Shown in pieces: positions 33,523-44,973 of a stretch of DNA of 64,000 nucleotides; the first letter of the stretch is position 1; each line of letters begins with the position of its first letter. The stretch spans positions 1,167,517-1,231,516 of the forward strand of contig CAVZLN010000003.1 in NCBI GenBank assembly GCA_963776245.1, written 5' to 3'. The notes under the pieces are model-generated. The model was not told the DNA's origin. It saw only the letters and a program-made list of their open reading frames with translations, and did not search any database. A program made the translations under genes and the position numbers. The stretch is from Candidatus Eiseniibacteriota bacterium. Lineage in GTDB: Bacteria > Eisenbacteria > RBG-16-71-46.

Positions 33523-33741
33523 ATGAAGCTGGCTTCCCTGGTTCCGCCGCCCGGCACCAACAAGTACGAGCTCGCCATCATCGCCGCGCGCGAGGCGCGC
33601 CGCCTCAACGAGGTCTCGCGCCAGACCGCCCAGACGCTCCCGGGCAAGGTCACCGCGGTCGCGCTGCGGCGTGCCATCGATGGCGACGCTCCGCACTTCT
33701 ACGACGATCCCGACAACCCGATCGGCCAGAACATCCTCTGA
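33523..33741 (+). CDS. rpoZ: RNA polymerase omega subunit
   Basis: NKYELAIIAAREARRL; position between gmk and coaBC. Confidence 0.85.
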   Translation: MKLASLVPPPGTNKYELAIIAAREARRLNEVSRQTAQTLPGKVTAVALRRAIDGDAPHFYDDPDNPIGQNIL

Positions 33742-33749
33742 GCGAAGCG

Positions 33750-35065
33750 ATGCTGCGCGGCCGGACCATCGTCGTCGGGGTCTCGGGCGGCATCGCCGCC
33801 TACAAGGCCTGTGAACTCGTGCGCTGGCTCAAGACGCGCGAGGCGACGGTCATCGTGGTCATGTCCCCGTCGGCGGTGGAGTTCGTCACCCCGCTCACGT
33901 TCCAGGCGCTGTCGGGCAATCCGGTGGTGACCGGCATGTGGGGCAACCAGCGCCCGAGCTTCGATCTCCCGTCCACCGCCGCGGGCAAGCGCAGCGGCCG
34001 CGTCGAGCACGTGGACGTGGCCGAGGTGGCGGACTGCGTGGTGGTGGCGCCCGCGACCGCCAACCTGCTCGCGCGCCTGGTCACCGGCGAGGCCCCCGAC
34101 GCGCTCGGCGCCACGCTGCTCGCGGCCCGCGCGCCGATCGTGGTGTGCCCGGCGATGGACGCGGAGATGTGGCGCAATCCGGCGACCCAGGCGAACGTGC
34201 GCACGCTGGCCGCGCGCGGGTACACGGTGGTGCCGCCGGAGACCGGCTTCCTCGCCTCGGGGCTCACCGGGCCGGGGCGGCTGCCGGACACCGAGGTGAT
34301 CGGCGCGGCGGTCGAGCGCGCGCTCGAGAAGCGCGCCAGCCTCGCGGGGATCAAGGTGCTGGTGAGCGCGGGGCGCACCGAAGAGGCGATCGACCCGGTG
34401 CGCGTGCTCACCAACCGCTCGAGCGGGCGCATGGGCGTGGCGCTGGCCGAGGCCGCGCTCGCGCGCGGCGCGACCGTGACGCTGGTGACGGGCCCGCTGG
34501 CGGTGGACGCGCCCCAGCGCGCCGACGTGGTGCGGGTCACCAGCGCCGCCGAGATGGCGCAGGCGCTGGGCGCGCGCGCCGGGCGCAGCGACGTGCTGCT
34601 GATGGCCGCCGCGGTCTCCGACTACCGCCCGGTCCGGGTCGCGCTCGAGAAGATCAAGCGCGGCGACGGCCCGCTCACGCTCACGCTCGAGCCCAACCCC
34701 GACATCGTCGCCGCCCTCGCGGCGAAGCGGCGCCCGGGACAGGTGTTCGTGGGGTTCGCGCTCGAGACCTCGCGCGGCGTCGAGCGCGCGCGCGCCAAGC
34801 TGTCGGCCAAGGGGCTCGACCTGGTGGTGCTCAACTCGCCGGCCGACGGGATCGGCGGCGACACCAACGTGGTCACGCTGGTGGACGCGCGCGGCGCGCA
34901 GCGGGTGCCGAAGGCCACCAAGCGCGAGGTCGCCGAGCACATCCTCGACCGCGTGCTGGAGCTGCGCTCGGCCCACCTGAACGACCGCGCGCGTCCGGCG
35001 CGGCGGCGCGGCGCCCGAAGGCGCCGCCGAGGGCGCGGCGCGCGCCGGCGCGGAAGCCGCGATGA
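33750..35065 (+). CDS. coaBC: Phosphopantothenoylcysteine decarboxylase/ligase, probable indel in the tail near 35010
   Basis: GVSGGIAAYKA, APATAN, DPVRVLTNRSSGRMG, AAAVSDY, VGFALET. Confidence 0.95.
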
Positions 35066-36088
35066 GCGGGCCGCGCGCGGAACTGGCGGTCCTCACGGGC
35101 CGCCTGCGCGAGTACCTCGAGCGCGAGCGGGCGGGCGGCGGCGGCGACCTGCTGGCGGCCGCCGCGATGGCGCGCCCCGCGCGCGCGTGGCGCGGGCGCG
35201 GCTGAGGAGGCGAGCGCGCCCGTGCGGCCGGCCACCGCGACCCGCGGCGACCGCACCCGCGCCCGAGCCCGAGCCCGCCGCGGCGCCCACCGTCGCGCTC
35301 GACGACGAGCGCGCGGAGATCGAGGAGGCGCTGGCGCGCGCCTCCGCGCCGCCGCCGGCGCCGCCGGTCACGCTGAGCATGTTCGGCGAGCCCGAGGCGC
35401 CGCCCGCGGCGCCCGCGGCGCGGCGCGCAGGCGGCGGCGCTGCCGCGGTTCGCGGCCCCGCTGTTCCCGATCGACCCCGAGCGAGCGCCGCGCCATCGCC
35501 GCGCAGGCGGATCCGGTGCTGGTCGCGCTCGCCGACGAGGTGAGGCACTGCACCCGTTGCGGCCTCGGCGCGCTGCGCACCAACGCCGTGCCGGGGGTGG
35601 GCACCGCGCTCAGCGGCATCATGTTCGTGGGCGAGGGCCCGGGGGCGGACGAAGACCGCCTCGGCGAGCCGTTCGTCGGCCGCGCCGGCCAGCTCCTCGA
35701 CAAGATCATCGCGGCGATGAACCAGGCCCGCCTGCTGCCGGGCCTCACGCTCGACCGCACCACGGTCTACATCGGCAACATCGTGAAGTGCCGCCCGCCC
35801 GAGAACCGCGTGCCGCTGCCGGTCGAGGTCGAGGCGTGCACGCCGTACCTCAAGCGCCAGATCGCGGCGCTGCGGCCGCGCATCATCTGCTGTCTCGGCA
35901 AGACCGCCGCGGAGTTCCTGCTCGGCTCCAAGGGCTCGCTCGCCGGCATGCGCGGCCGCGTCTATCGCTACGAGGGCGCCAAGCTCATCGTGACCTACCA
36001 TCCGGCCGCCTGCCTGCGGAACCCCGAGTACAAGCGGCCGGTGTGGGAAGACATGCAGATGCTCGCCCGCGAGTACCTCGCCGACTGA
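35062..36088 (+). CDS. Family 4 uracil-DNA glycosylase with long N-terminal extension, several frameshifts
   Basis: CTRCGL, FVGEGPG, GEPFVGRAGQLL, NIVKCRPPENR, TYHPAA. Confidence 0.9.
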
Positions 36089-36137
36089 TCGCACCCGCCC
36101 TCGCGCGGCGCCGTCGCGCGCCGGGGAGACGCCTGCC

Positions 36138-38796
36138 ATGACCGACATCCTGCCGCACCCCTCCGGGATGGTGCCCGAGGGCCCCACGCCGCCGCAGGCG
36201 CTCGAGGCCGAGCGCTCGGTGCTGGCCGCGATGCTGCTCGACCACGAGGCGGTGGGCCGCGCGGTCGAGATGATCGACGGCAGCGTGTTCTACCGCGTCG
36301 CGCACCAGCGCATGTACGAGGCCATCGTCGCGCTCTACAACCGCAGCGAGAAGGCCGACCTGATCACGCTCTCCGAGGAGCTGCGCAAGCGCGGCGAACT
36401 CGAACTGGTGGGCGGGCTGGCGGCGCTCTCGCTGATCATGGAGTACGCGACCACCACCGCGAACGTCGAGCAGCACATCCGGCTGGTGCACTCCAAGGCG
36501 ATCCTGCGCTCGCTCATCAAGGCCGCGAGCGAGATCCAGTCGGACTGCTACACCGCGGCGGAGGAGACGCCCAGCATCCTCGACCGCGCCGAGCAGCGCA
36601 TCTTCGAGATCACCGACCGCCGGGTGCGGGAGGGGTTCGTCTCGCTCAAGGACCTGCTCAAGCCCGCGTTCGAGCACATCCACGAACTGAGCGAGCGCAA
36701 GGCGCACGTCACCGGCGTGCCGTCCGGCTACGAGGACATCGACAAGCTGACCTCGGGCTTCCAGGCCAGCGACCTGGTGATCATCGCGGGCCGGCCGGGC
36801 TTCGGGAAGACCAGCCTCGCGATGAACATGGCCGAGAACGCCGCGATCCGGTTCAAGATCCCGGTCGCCATCTTCTCGCTCGAGATGAGCAAGGAGCAGC
36901 TGGTCATGCGCATGCTCTGCTCGCAGAGCGAGGTCGCGCTGCACAAGGTGCGCAACGGCTTCCTCGGGCAGGAGGACTGGCCGCGGCTGACCACCGGCGC
37001 CGGGCTGCTGCAGGCCGCGCCCATCATGATCGACGACTCGCCGGCGCTGAACACGCTCGAGATCCGCGCCAAGTGCCGCCGGCTGCGGGCCGAGAACAAG
37101 CTCGGCCTGGTGGTGATCGACTACCTCCAGCTGATGCGGGTCGCGGGCACCGCGGAGAACCGCGTGCAGGAGATCTCGCAGATCACCCGCGGCCTCAAGG
37201 CGCTCGCCAAGGAGCTCAAGGTCCCGATCATCGCGCTCTCGCAGCTCTCGCGCGCCGTCGAGACCCGCGGCGGCGGCGGCCGCCCGCAGCTCTCGGATCT
37301 GCGTGAATCGGGCTGTCTGACCGCGGATACGCGCATCGTCCGCGCCGACACGGGCGCCGAGGTGTCGCTGGGCGAGTTACTGTTGCGGGGCGAGCGCGAC
37401 ATCCCCGTCTGGACGCTCGACGAGGATCGACGACTCGTGCGCGGCAGGATGACGCACGTGTTCGCGAGCGGCGTGAAGAAGGTCTACGAGATGCGCATGA
37501 CGTCCGGACGCTGCGTGAAGGCCAGCGCGAATCATCCATTCCTGACGCTCGACGGCTGGCGGCGACTCGACGCGCTGAAGCCGGGCGACCGGCTGGCGGA
37601 GCCACGCGTGCTGCCGGAGCCGACTGCGCCGACGGAATGGCCTGAGGCCGAGATCGTGATGCTCGCGCATCTGATCGGCGACGGGTGTTTCGCATCCCAC
37701 CAGCCTCTCCATTACACGAGCGCCGACCCCGAGAATCTGATCGCCGTCGAAGTAGCCGCAACGCACTTCGGAATCGTCCCGCGACGAGTGCCGCAGGGGA
37801 ACTGGTCGCACGTATACCTGCCCTCTCCGTACCCCTTGGCCCGCGGCCGGCACAATCCGATCAGCGGCTGGCTCGCGCGGTTCGGGCTCAATGGTCTGAG
37901 GAGCTGGGAGAAGTTCATCCCCCGTGAGGTCTTCGCACTCACGCACCCGCAGCTCGCATTGTTCTTGCGACACCTCTGGGCGACCGATGGCTGCATCCAC
38001 CTGGGCGCGAATCAGCAGCCGCACATCTACTACAGCACCACGAGCCGCCGGATGGCAGCGGATCTCCAGACCCTGCTACTCCGCTTCGGCATCACGGGTC
38101 GGCTCAAGGTCGTGCGGAAGGGGAGCTACCGGCCCGTATACCACCTTCACGTCTCCGGAAGGGACAGTCAGCTCCGATTCTTGGGCCACGTGGGTGCTCA
38201 GGGGTCCAAGGCCGAAGCCGCGGCGCGCGTGCGAGCCCGACTTGAAGCCTCGCGGTCCAATCCGAATGTCGACACGGTTCCCGTCGAAGTATGGGAAGAC
38301 GTGAAGTCGGCGATGCGGGCGCGCGGATTCACCTCGCGAGGGTTCATGACCGCGCTCGGGACAGCCCATTGTGGGAGCACGTTCTACAAGCACGCCCCCA
38401 GCCGTCCGCGGTTGGGCGCGATTGCGACGTTGCTGGTGGATCCGGAGCTCAGCTTGCTGGCCGCCTCCGACGTCTTCTGGGACACAATCGCCTCGATCGA
38501 GTTCGTCGGCGAAGAGCCGGTGTTCGATGCCACAGTGCCCGGCACGCACAACTTCATCGCCGACGGACTCATCGCTCATAACTCGATCGAGCAGGATGCG
38601 GATCTCGTGATGTTCGTGTACCGCGAGGAGAAGTACAAGCCCGACGACCCGAGCGCTCAAGGGCAAGGCGCAGATCATCATCGCCAAGCAGCGCAATGGC
38701 CCGACCGGCGACGTGGACATGACGTTCCTGCACGAGTTCACCAAGTTCGTGCCCTACAGCCCGATGATGCCGGGCGAGGCCGATTCGGGGTTCTAG
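36138..38796 (+). CDS. dnaB: Replicative DNA helicase with intein; 1-nt indel near 38655
   Basis: AGRPGFGKT, IDYLQL, LSQLSR, SDLRESG|intein|SIEQDAD, IIIAKQRNGPTG after the frameshift. Confidence 0.97.
37314..38582 (+). mobile_element. Intein with LAGLIDADG homing endonuclease (423 aa)
   Basis: Starts CLTADT, block B SANHPFL, LAHLIGDG and LRHLWATDG motifs, ends HNFIADGLIAHN followed by Ser. Confidence 0.96.
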
Positions 38797-38808
38797 TGCC
38801 GCATTCCC

Positions 38809-39632
38809 TTGCCGTTCGGCTTCGACACCGACGACCTGATCACGGTGCGCGGGGCGCGCTACCTGTGGCGGCGCTTCCTCGCGTTCGTGGCCGAGGTCGG
38901 CCGCGTCGCCCTGCTGATGGGCGACATCGCGCGCTTCGCGGCGCCGGGGCTGCGCTCGTTCCGGCTGGTGGTGGCGCAGATGCACGCCATCGGCGTGGGC
39001 TCGCTGGGGCTGGTGCTGGTGGTGAGCCTGTTCACCGGCGCGGTGGCGGCGGTGCAGGCGGCGTACCAGTTCTCGACCGTGGTGCCGCTCAAGTACATCG
39101 GCTCGGTGATCCTGCGTTCGGTCACCATCGAGCTGGGGCCGGTGCTGACCGGGCTGGTGGTCGGCGGGCGGGTGGGCGCGGCGATGGCGGCCGAGCTCGG
39201 CACCATGAAGGTCACCGAGCAGCTCGACGCGCTTGCGCGCGATGGCGATCCACCCGGTGCGCTATCCTGGTGGTGCCGCGCGTGGTGGCGGCGGTGGTGA
39301 TGCTGCCGGTCATCACGGTGTTCGCGGACGTCATCGCGGTGTTCGGCGGATACGTGGTGTCGGTCACCTCGGTGGGGGTGAGCAGCCACACCTACGTGAT
39401 CGGGCTCAAGCAGTTCTTCTACATCAAGGACATCTGGTCGGGGCTCATCAAGGCGTTCTTCTTCGGCGCCATCATCAGCACCATGGGCTGCTACTACGGC
39501 TTCGCCACCGAGGGCGGGGCCGAGGGCGTGGGGGTGGCGACGATGCGCGCGGTGGTGGCGTCGTGCGTGCTCATCCTGATCACCGACTACGTGCTGGCGA
39601 ACGTGCTGTTCCGGCTGATGTTCGCGTCATGA
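38809..39632 (+). CDS. mlaE: MlaE family ABC permease, frameshifted near 39235-39270
   Basis: ELGPVLTGLVVGGRVGAAMAAELGTMKVTEQLDAL; GGAEGVGVATMRAVV. Confidence 0.92.
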
Positions 39633-40376
39633 TCGCGATCCGCGGGCTCACCAAGCGGCTCGGCCGCAAGCAGGTGCTCGACGGCTCGACCTCGACGTGC
39701 GCAAGGGCGAGACGCTGGTGGTGCTGGGGCCGTCGGGCACCGGCAAGAGCGTGCTGCTCAAGCACGTCATCGGGCTGATGACCCCGGACGCCGGCTCGAT
39801 CGAGGTGGACGGACGCGAGATGGTCGGGCTCGACGAGCGCGGGCTCGACGAGGTCCGCAAGGGCTTCGGCATGCTGTTCCAGGGCGCGGCGCTGTTCGAC
39901 TCGATGACGGTGGGCGAGAACGTGGGGCTGGCGCTGCGCGAGCACGCGCGGCTCGACGACGCCGAGGTGCGGCGCCGGGTGGGCGAGCGGCTGGAGTGGG
40001 TGGGCATGAAGGGCGCGGAGGACATGCGGACCGCCGTCGCTGTCGGGCGGCATGCGCAAGCGGGTGGGGCTGGCGCGCGCGATCGCGATGGATCCCGCGT
40101 ACATCCTCTACGACGAGCCGACGACCGGGCTCGACCCGATCATGTCGGACGTCATCAACCAGCTGATCCGCGCGATTGCAGCAGCGGCTGGGCGTGACCT
40201 CGATGGTGGTCACGCACGACATGCGCAGCGCCTATCATGTGGGCGACCGCCTGGCGATGCTCTACCAGGGACACCTGGTGTTCGTGGGCACGCCCGAGGA
40301 GATGCGCGCGAGCGGCGATCCGATGGTGCGGCAGTTCATCGCGGGCTCGAGCGCGGGCCCGATCCAGGCGGCATGA
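39629..40376 (+). CDS. mlaF: MlaF family ABC ATPase, several frameshifts
   Basis: [47 protein letters not shown]. Confidence 0.92.
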
Positions 40377-40424
40377 GCGGACCGCGGCGGCGCGCGGGCG
40401 CCGCGCGCGAGGACGGAGAGTGGC

Positions 40425-41320
40425 GTGAGTCGAAGAACCGAGATCCAGGTGGGCACTCACCGTGCTGACCGCGGTCGCGGTCCTGCTGTGGGGCGTGACG
40501 TGGCTGAAGGAGTTCTCGCTCGCGCGCAAGGTGCGACGTGTGGACGGTGCGCTTCCCGCGCACCGGCGGCCTCGGCCGGAGCGACGAGGTGCAGGTGAAC
40601 GGCATCCGCAAGGGCGCCGTGGAGGACATGGCGCTGGTGGGCGACCACGTGATCGTGAAGCTGGCGCTCGCCACCGACGTGCAGCTCACCACCGACAGCC
40701 AGGTGGCGATCCGCAACGTCGGACTGATGGGCGAGAAGGTGATCGCGGTGGACTTGAAGACCACCGGGCGCCCCTACACCGCGCGCGACACCATCCTGGG
40801 CGAGTACGAGCTCGGCATCCCCGAGGTGATGGGGCAGATGGGGAGCACGCTCACCAACGTGACCGAACTGATCCAGCAGTTGCACGACATGTCGCAGACG
40901 CTGTCGAAGAGCGGCGACCTCCAGAAGACGGTGCGCAACTTCGCCGCGACCAGCGAGCAGCTCAAGGCCGCGGTGACCGAGAACCGCGCCGCGTTCCGGG
41001 CCACGATGGCCAACTTCGACGCTGCCTCGCGCACCGCGAAGTCGCTCACCGTGGACCGCGAGGCGCAGCTCAAACAGGCGGTGGACGACTTCGCGCAGGC
41101 CGCGGCGCGCATGAACGCGCTGGCGGCGCGCATGGACTCGCTGCGCGGCGTGCTCGCGAGCGTGACCGGCAAGGTGGACCGCGGCGACGGCACGCTGGGC
41201 CGGCTGGTGAACGACCAGCGGCTCTACGACGACCTCAATACCTCGGTGCGGGCGCTGCGCGAGCTGGTCGAGGACATCAAGAAGAACCCGAAGAAGTACC
41301 TGCACGTCAGCGTCTTCTAG
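40425..41320 (+). CDS. mlaD: MlaD/MCE family protein, frameshifts near the start
   Basis: TEIQVG TM, GGL...[36 protein letters not shown]. Confidence 0.9.
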
Positions 41321-41436
41321 CGGGAGAGGCGTCGCGCGCGGCGCCGCGCGGCGACCCGACGACCCGGATCGGGCGCACGCGCCGTGTGCCGGGATCCCCC
41401 GCGCCGTCCACGGGCCGCGCCACCGGAGGGCACGAA

Positions 41437-41835
41437 ATGGATGCACCCACCTGCCGGGTGATTCCCGCCGGCGAGGCGTACCAGGGACGCCAGGGGCTCA
41501 CCTACCTCAGCGGGCTCACGGGGGCGAGCGCGGGCTCGCGCGCGATCTGCATGACGATCGCCACGCTCCCACACGGGGCGCGAGCGAAGACCCACCTGCA
41601 TCAGGGCATCGAGACGGCGGTCTACGTCATCGAGGGCGAGATCGAGATGTACTTCGGCGAGCGGCTGGGCGAGCACGTGGTCGGACGGGCCGGCGAGTAC
41701 ATGTTCGTGCCGGCGGACATGCCGCACCTGGTGATGAACCGCTCGGGCGCACCGTGCCGGGCCGTCGTGGCGCACAGCGCCTCCGACGACCAGGCGGGGA
41801 TCGTGATGCTGCCGGAGCTCGACGGGCTGGTCTGA
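41437..41835 (+). CDS. Cupin domain protein
   Basis: HLHQGIETAVYVIEG and FVPADMPH cupin motifs. Confidence 0.9.
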   Translation: MDAPTCRVIPAGEAYQGRQGLTYLSGLTGASAGSRAICMTIATLPHGARAKTHLHQGIETAVYVIEGEIEMYFGERLGEHVVGRAGEYMFVPADMPHLVMNRSGAPCRAVVAHSASDDQAGIVMLPELDGLV

Positions 41836-41945
41836 AGGGCCGCCGGCTCCCGGTGGGCGTCCGCGCCGGGTTGTGGCAGGATGCTTCCCTCGCGCCGGGT
41901 GCAGGCCCGCGCATCCCCTCCGTCCCGCTCCCGCCTGGAGTCGTC

Positions 41946-43430
41946 ATGGCCAAGTCGGTGAAGCCCGCCAAGTCCCATTTCTTCTGCACCGCGTGCGGCA
42001 ACGAGGAGGCGCGCTGGTTCGGGCGCTGCGCGTCGTGCGGGGCGTGGAACACCGCGAGCGAGGCGCCGGTCGCGGCCGCCGGCGCGGCCGGGGGCACGGC
42101 GAAGAGCGCGAACAAGCCGTCGCGCGCGCGCTGGGCGCCCGCCGGCGCCGCCGGCGCGGGCGCGCGGCCGCTGGCGGAGATCGAGTCCATCGACGCGCGG
42201 CGGGCGCCCACCGGCATGCGCGAGCTCGACCGCGTGCTGGGCGGCGGCATCGTGCCGGGCTCGCTGGTGCTGGTCGGCGGCGACCCCGGGATCGGCAAGA
42301 GCACGCTCATGCTCCAGGTCGCCGCGGCGCTCGCGCGCGAGGGCAAGCGCGTGCTCTACGTGACCGGCGAGGAGAGCGAGGGGCAGATCCGCATGCGCGC
42401 GGGGCGCCTCGGGCCGGTGCCCGAGAGCCTGCTGGTGCTGTGCGAGACCGATCTCGAGGCGCTGCTCGAGGCCGCGGACCAGGTCAAGCCCGACGCGCTG
42501 GTGGTGGACTCGATCCAGACCGTCGCGCGCGCCGACCTGGACGGCGGGCCGGGCTCGGTGTCGCAGGTGCGCGAGTGCGGGCTGGCGCTGCTCCACCACG
42601 CCAAGGGGGCGCAGGTGCCCACCTTCCTGGTCGGCCACGTCACCAAGGACGGCGCGGTGGCGGGCCCGCGCGTGCTCGAGCACATGGTGGACGCGGTGCT
42701 CTATCTCGAGGGCGAGCGCTACCAGCACTACCGGGTGCTGCGCGCGGCCAAGAACCGCTTCGGCTCCACCCACGAGCTGGGGGTGTTCGAGATGACCGAC
42801 GCCGGGTTGCGCGAGGTCGCCAACCCGAGCGAGGCGTTCCTGTCGGAGTCCACGCGCAGCGAGCCGGGCTCGGCGGTGGTGGCGAGCATCGAAGGCTCGC
42901 GGCCGCTGCTGGTCGAGGTGCAGGCGCTGGTCTCGACCTCGTTCTACGGCACCCCGCAGCGCGTGACGACCGGCTTCGACCCGCGCCGCCTCGCGGTGCT
43001 GCTCGCGGTGCTCGAGCGCCGCGTCGGCCTGCGCCTCGGGCGCCACGACGTGTTCGTGACCGTGACCGGCGGGCTCTCGCTCGACGAGCCGGGGTGCGAC
43101 CTCGGCGTGGCGCTCGCGGTGGCGTCGTCGTTCCGCAGCCGCCCGGTGATCGAGCGCACGCTCGCGGTGGGCGAGGTCAGCCTGTCGGGCGAGCTGCGCC
43201 GCGTGACGCGCCTCGACGCGCGCTGCCGCGAGGCGGCCCAGATCGGCTTCCGGCGCGCCGGCGTGCCGCGCGCGCAGGCCGACGAGGCGAAGGACTGCGG
43301 GCTCGAGGTCACGCCGCTGGCGACGGTGCGCGAGGCGATCGAGGCCCTGCTGGGCGAGAAGACGGGCCCGGCCACGCCGCCGCGCGGCGAGCCGGGCGAG
43401 GCGACCGCGCACGTATCCGGGCGCGCATGA
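41946..43430 (+). CDS. radA: DNA repair protein RadA/Sms
   Basis: CTACG...CASCG zinc finger, GGDPGIGKST, KNRFG. Confidence 0.97.
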   Translation: MAKSVKPAKSHFFCTACGNEEARWFGRCASCGAWNTASEAPVAAAGAAGGTAKSANKPSRARWAPAGAAGAGARPLAEIESIDARRAPTGMRELDRVLGGGIVPGSLVLVGGDPGIGKSTLMLQVAAALAREGKRVLYVTGEESEGQIRMRAGRLGPVPESLLVLCETDLEALLEAADQVKPDALVVDSIQTVARADLDGGPGSVSQVRECGLALLHHAKGAQVPTFLVGHVTKDGAVAGPRVLEHMVDAVLYLEGERYQHYRVLRAAKNRFGSTHELGVFEMTDAGLREVANPSEAFLSESTRSEPGSAVVASIEGSRPLLVEVQALVSTSFYGTPQRVTTGFDPRRLAVLLAVLERRVGLRLGRHDVFVTVTGGLSLDEPGCDLGVALAVASSFRSRPVIERTLAVGEVSLSGELRRVTRLDARCREAAQIGFRRAGVPRAQADEAKDCGLEVTPLATVREAIEALLGEKTGPATPPRGEPGEATAHVSGRA

Positions 43431-43515
43431 GAGTCTGAAGGGATTCGAGACGGGCGAAGGGCCTGACCGGAGTCTCCGGCGGGGGCGATGGCGTGGGTGA
43501 CCTGAAGGAGTGGGC

Positions 43516-44283
43516 ATGGACTGGAAGCGGCTGGCGGAACGACTGAGGAGCGCATGCTCGCGAGAGGTCGCGAAGGGAGAGGGCTGGGCGGCGTACGCGC
43601 CGGCCGGTGACGCGCTCGACCTGCGCGCGATGATGGTGGAGCTGGCCACGCCCGACGACATCGACGACTGGACCCCGCACCATGGCGACCTGCGCGAGGA
43701 GGACGCGAACCCGGCCGGCACGGCGGGCGCGGTCCACGACGAGTGGGAGTCGAGCGAGGTGCTGGTGTGGGAGTGGGTCGGGCGCAACTCCTCGTGGCAC
43801 GCCTCGATCGGACTGTTCGATGCCGGCGACGGCCGGCAGTACGTGACCCGCTTCATGGAGGACGCGCCCTACCTGGTGCTCGGGGCCATCGTGCCCAAGG
43901 CCGGGCCGGAGTCGTTCGCCGCGTTCTTCCGCGACCTGATGAACGACAACGGCAACGCCTATGGCATCGACGTGCTCGGCAGCCTGCCGGCGACCACTGA
44001 GCTGCACCGGCCCGACCTGCTCACCCGCGAGGTCATCACCGACGTCTATCACGACTGGATGGACGACGCCGAAGAGTCCGGGCACTCGAGCTGGGAGGCC
44101 CTCGAGCAGCAGCTCGACGACATGGACAACGAGGACGACGACGACTTCGACGACTCGCTCGGCGACGCGGACGACGAGGAGGAAGACGAGGACGAGAGCG
44201 AGGAGGAGGAGCACGATCGCCTGATCGCGGACTACTGCGAGTCCACCGTGCTCCTGTTCGACGAGGAAGAGGACGACGCGTGA
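43516..44283 (+). CDS. Highly acidic hypothetical protein
   Basis: RBS AAGGAG; coding-like codon use; long D/E tract near the C-terminus. Confidence 0.75.
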   Translation: MDWKRLAERLRSACSREVAKGEGWAAYAPAGDALDLRAMMVELATPDDIDDWTPHHGDLREEDANPAGTAGAVHDEWESSEVLVWEWVGRNSSWHASIGLFDAGDGRQYVTRFMEDAPYLVLGAIVPKAGPESFAAFFRDLMNDNGNAYGIDVLGSLPATTELHRPDLLTREVITDVYHDWMDDAEESGHSSWEALEQQLDDMDNEDDDDFDDSLGDADDEEEDEDESEEEEHDRLIADYCESTVLLFDEEEDDA

Positions 44284-44293
44284 GATCGGCGCG

Positions 44294-44965
44294 ATGAGCA
44301 TCGGCGCCATCCTGCTGTGCGCGGGGATGGGCGAGCGCCTGGGCGCGGGAGTGCCCAAGGCGCTGGTGCCGCTGGCCGGGCGGCCGCTGTTCGCGTGGAG
44401 CCTCGAGGCGCTGGCGCGCACGCCGTCCATCGGGACCATCGTGGTGGTCGGACCGGTGCGCCTGCTGCAGGAGGCGCTGTGGGCCTGCGGGATGCATGAG
44501 CCCAAGGTGGCCCAGTGGTGCGAGGGCGGCCGCGAGCGCCAGCACTCGGTGGCCCGCGGGCTGGCCGCGCTGCCCGGGGAGTGCGACCTGGTGGTGGTGC
44601 ACGACGCGGCGCGCGCGCTGGCGACCCCGGCGCTGGTCGGCCGCGTGGTGGCCGACGCCAAGGCGCATGGCGCCGCGATCGCCGCGGTGCCGGTGGAGGA
44701 CACGCTCAAGCGCGCCACCCTCCACGTCATCGACGATACGGTGCCGCGCGCCGGGCTGTGGCGCGCGCAGACGCCCCAGGCGTTCCGCCGCGACTGGCTG
44801 GCGGAGGCGCACGCGCTCGAAGGCGCGCGGGCGACCGACGACGCGGCGCTGGTGGAGGCCGCGGGACACCGGGTGAGGATCACGCCCGGCGAGGCCATCA
44901 ATTTCAAGATCACGACCATGGACGACCTGCGCCTCGCCGAGGCGTGGCTCTCGTCACGAGGCTAG
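44294..44965 (+). CDS. ispD: MEP cytidylyltransferase
   Basis: AGMGERLG...PK, GGRERQHSV, VHDAAR, AQTPQAF, KITT. Confidence 0.95.
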   Translation: MSIGAILLCAGMGERLGAGVPKALVPLAGRPLFAWSLEALARTPSIGTIVVVGPVRLLQEALWACGMHEPKVAQWCEGGRERQHSVARGLAALPGECDLVVVHDAARALATPALVGRVVADAKAHGAAIAAVPVEDTLKRATLHVIDDTVPRAGLWRAQTPQAFRRDWLAEAHALEGARATDDAALVEAAGHRVRITPGEAINFKITTMDDLRLAEAWLSSRG

Positions 44966-44973
44966 GAGGGCGC

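Noticed and set aside
36138..39632. Apparent 1164-aa DnaB-MlaE fusion in the ORF track
   Set aside because: Created by indels; the DnaB C-terminus continues in another frame to TAG 38796 and mlaE starts separately.
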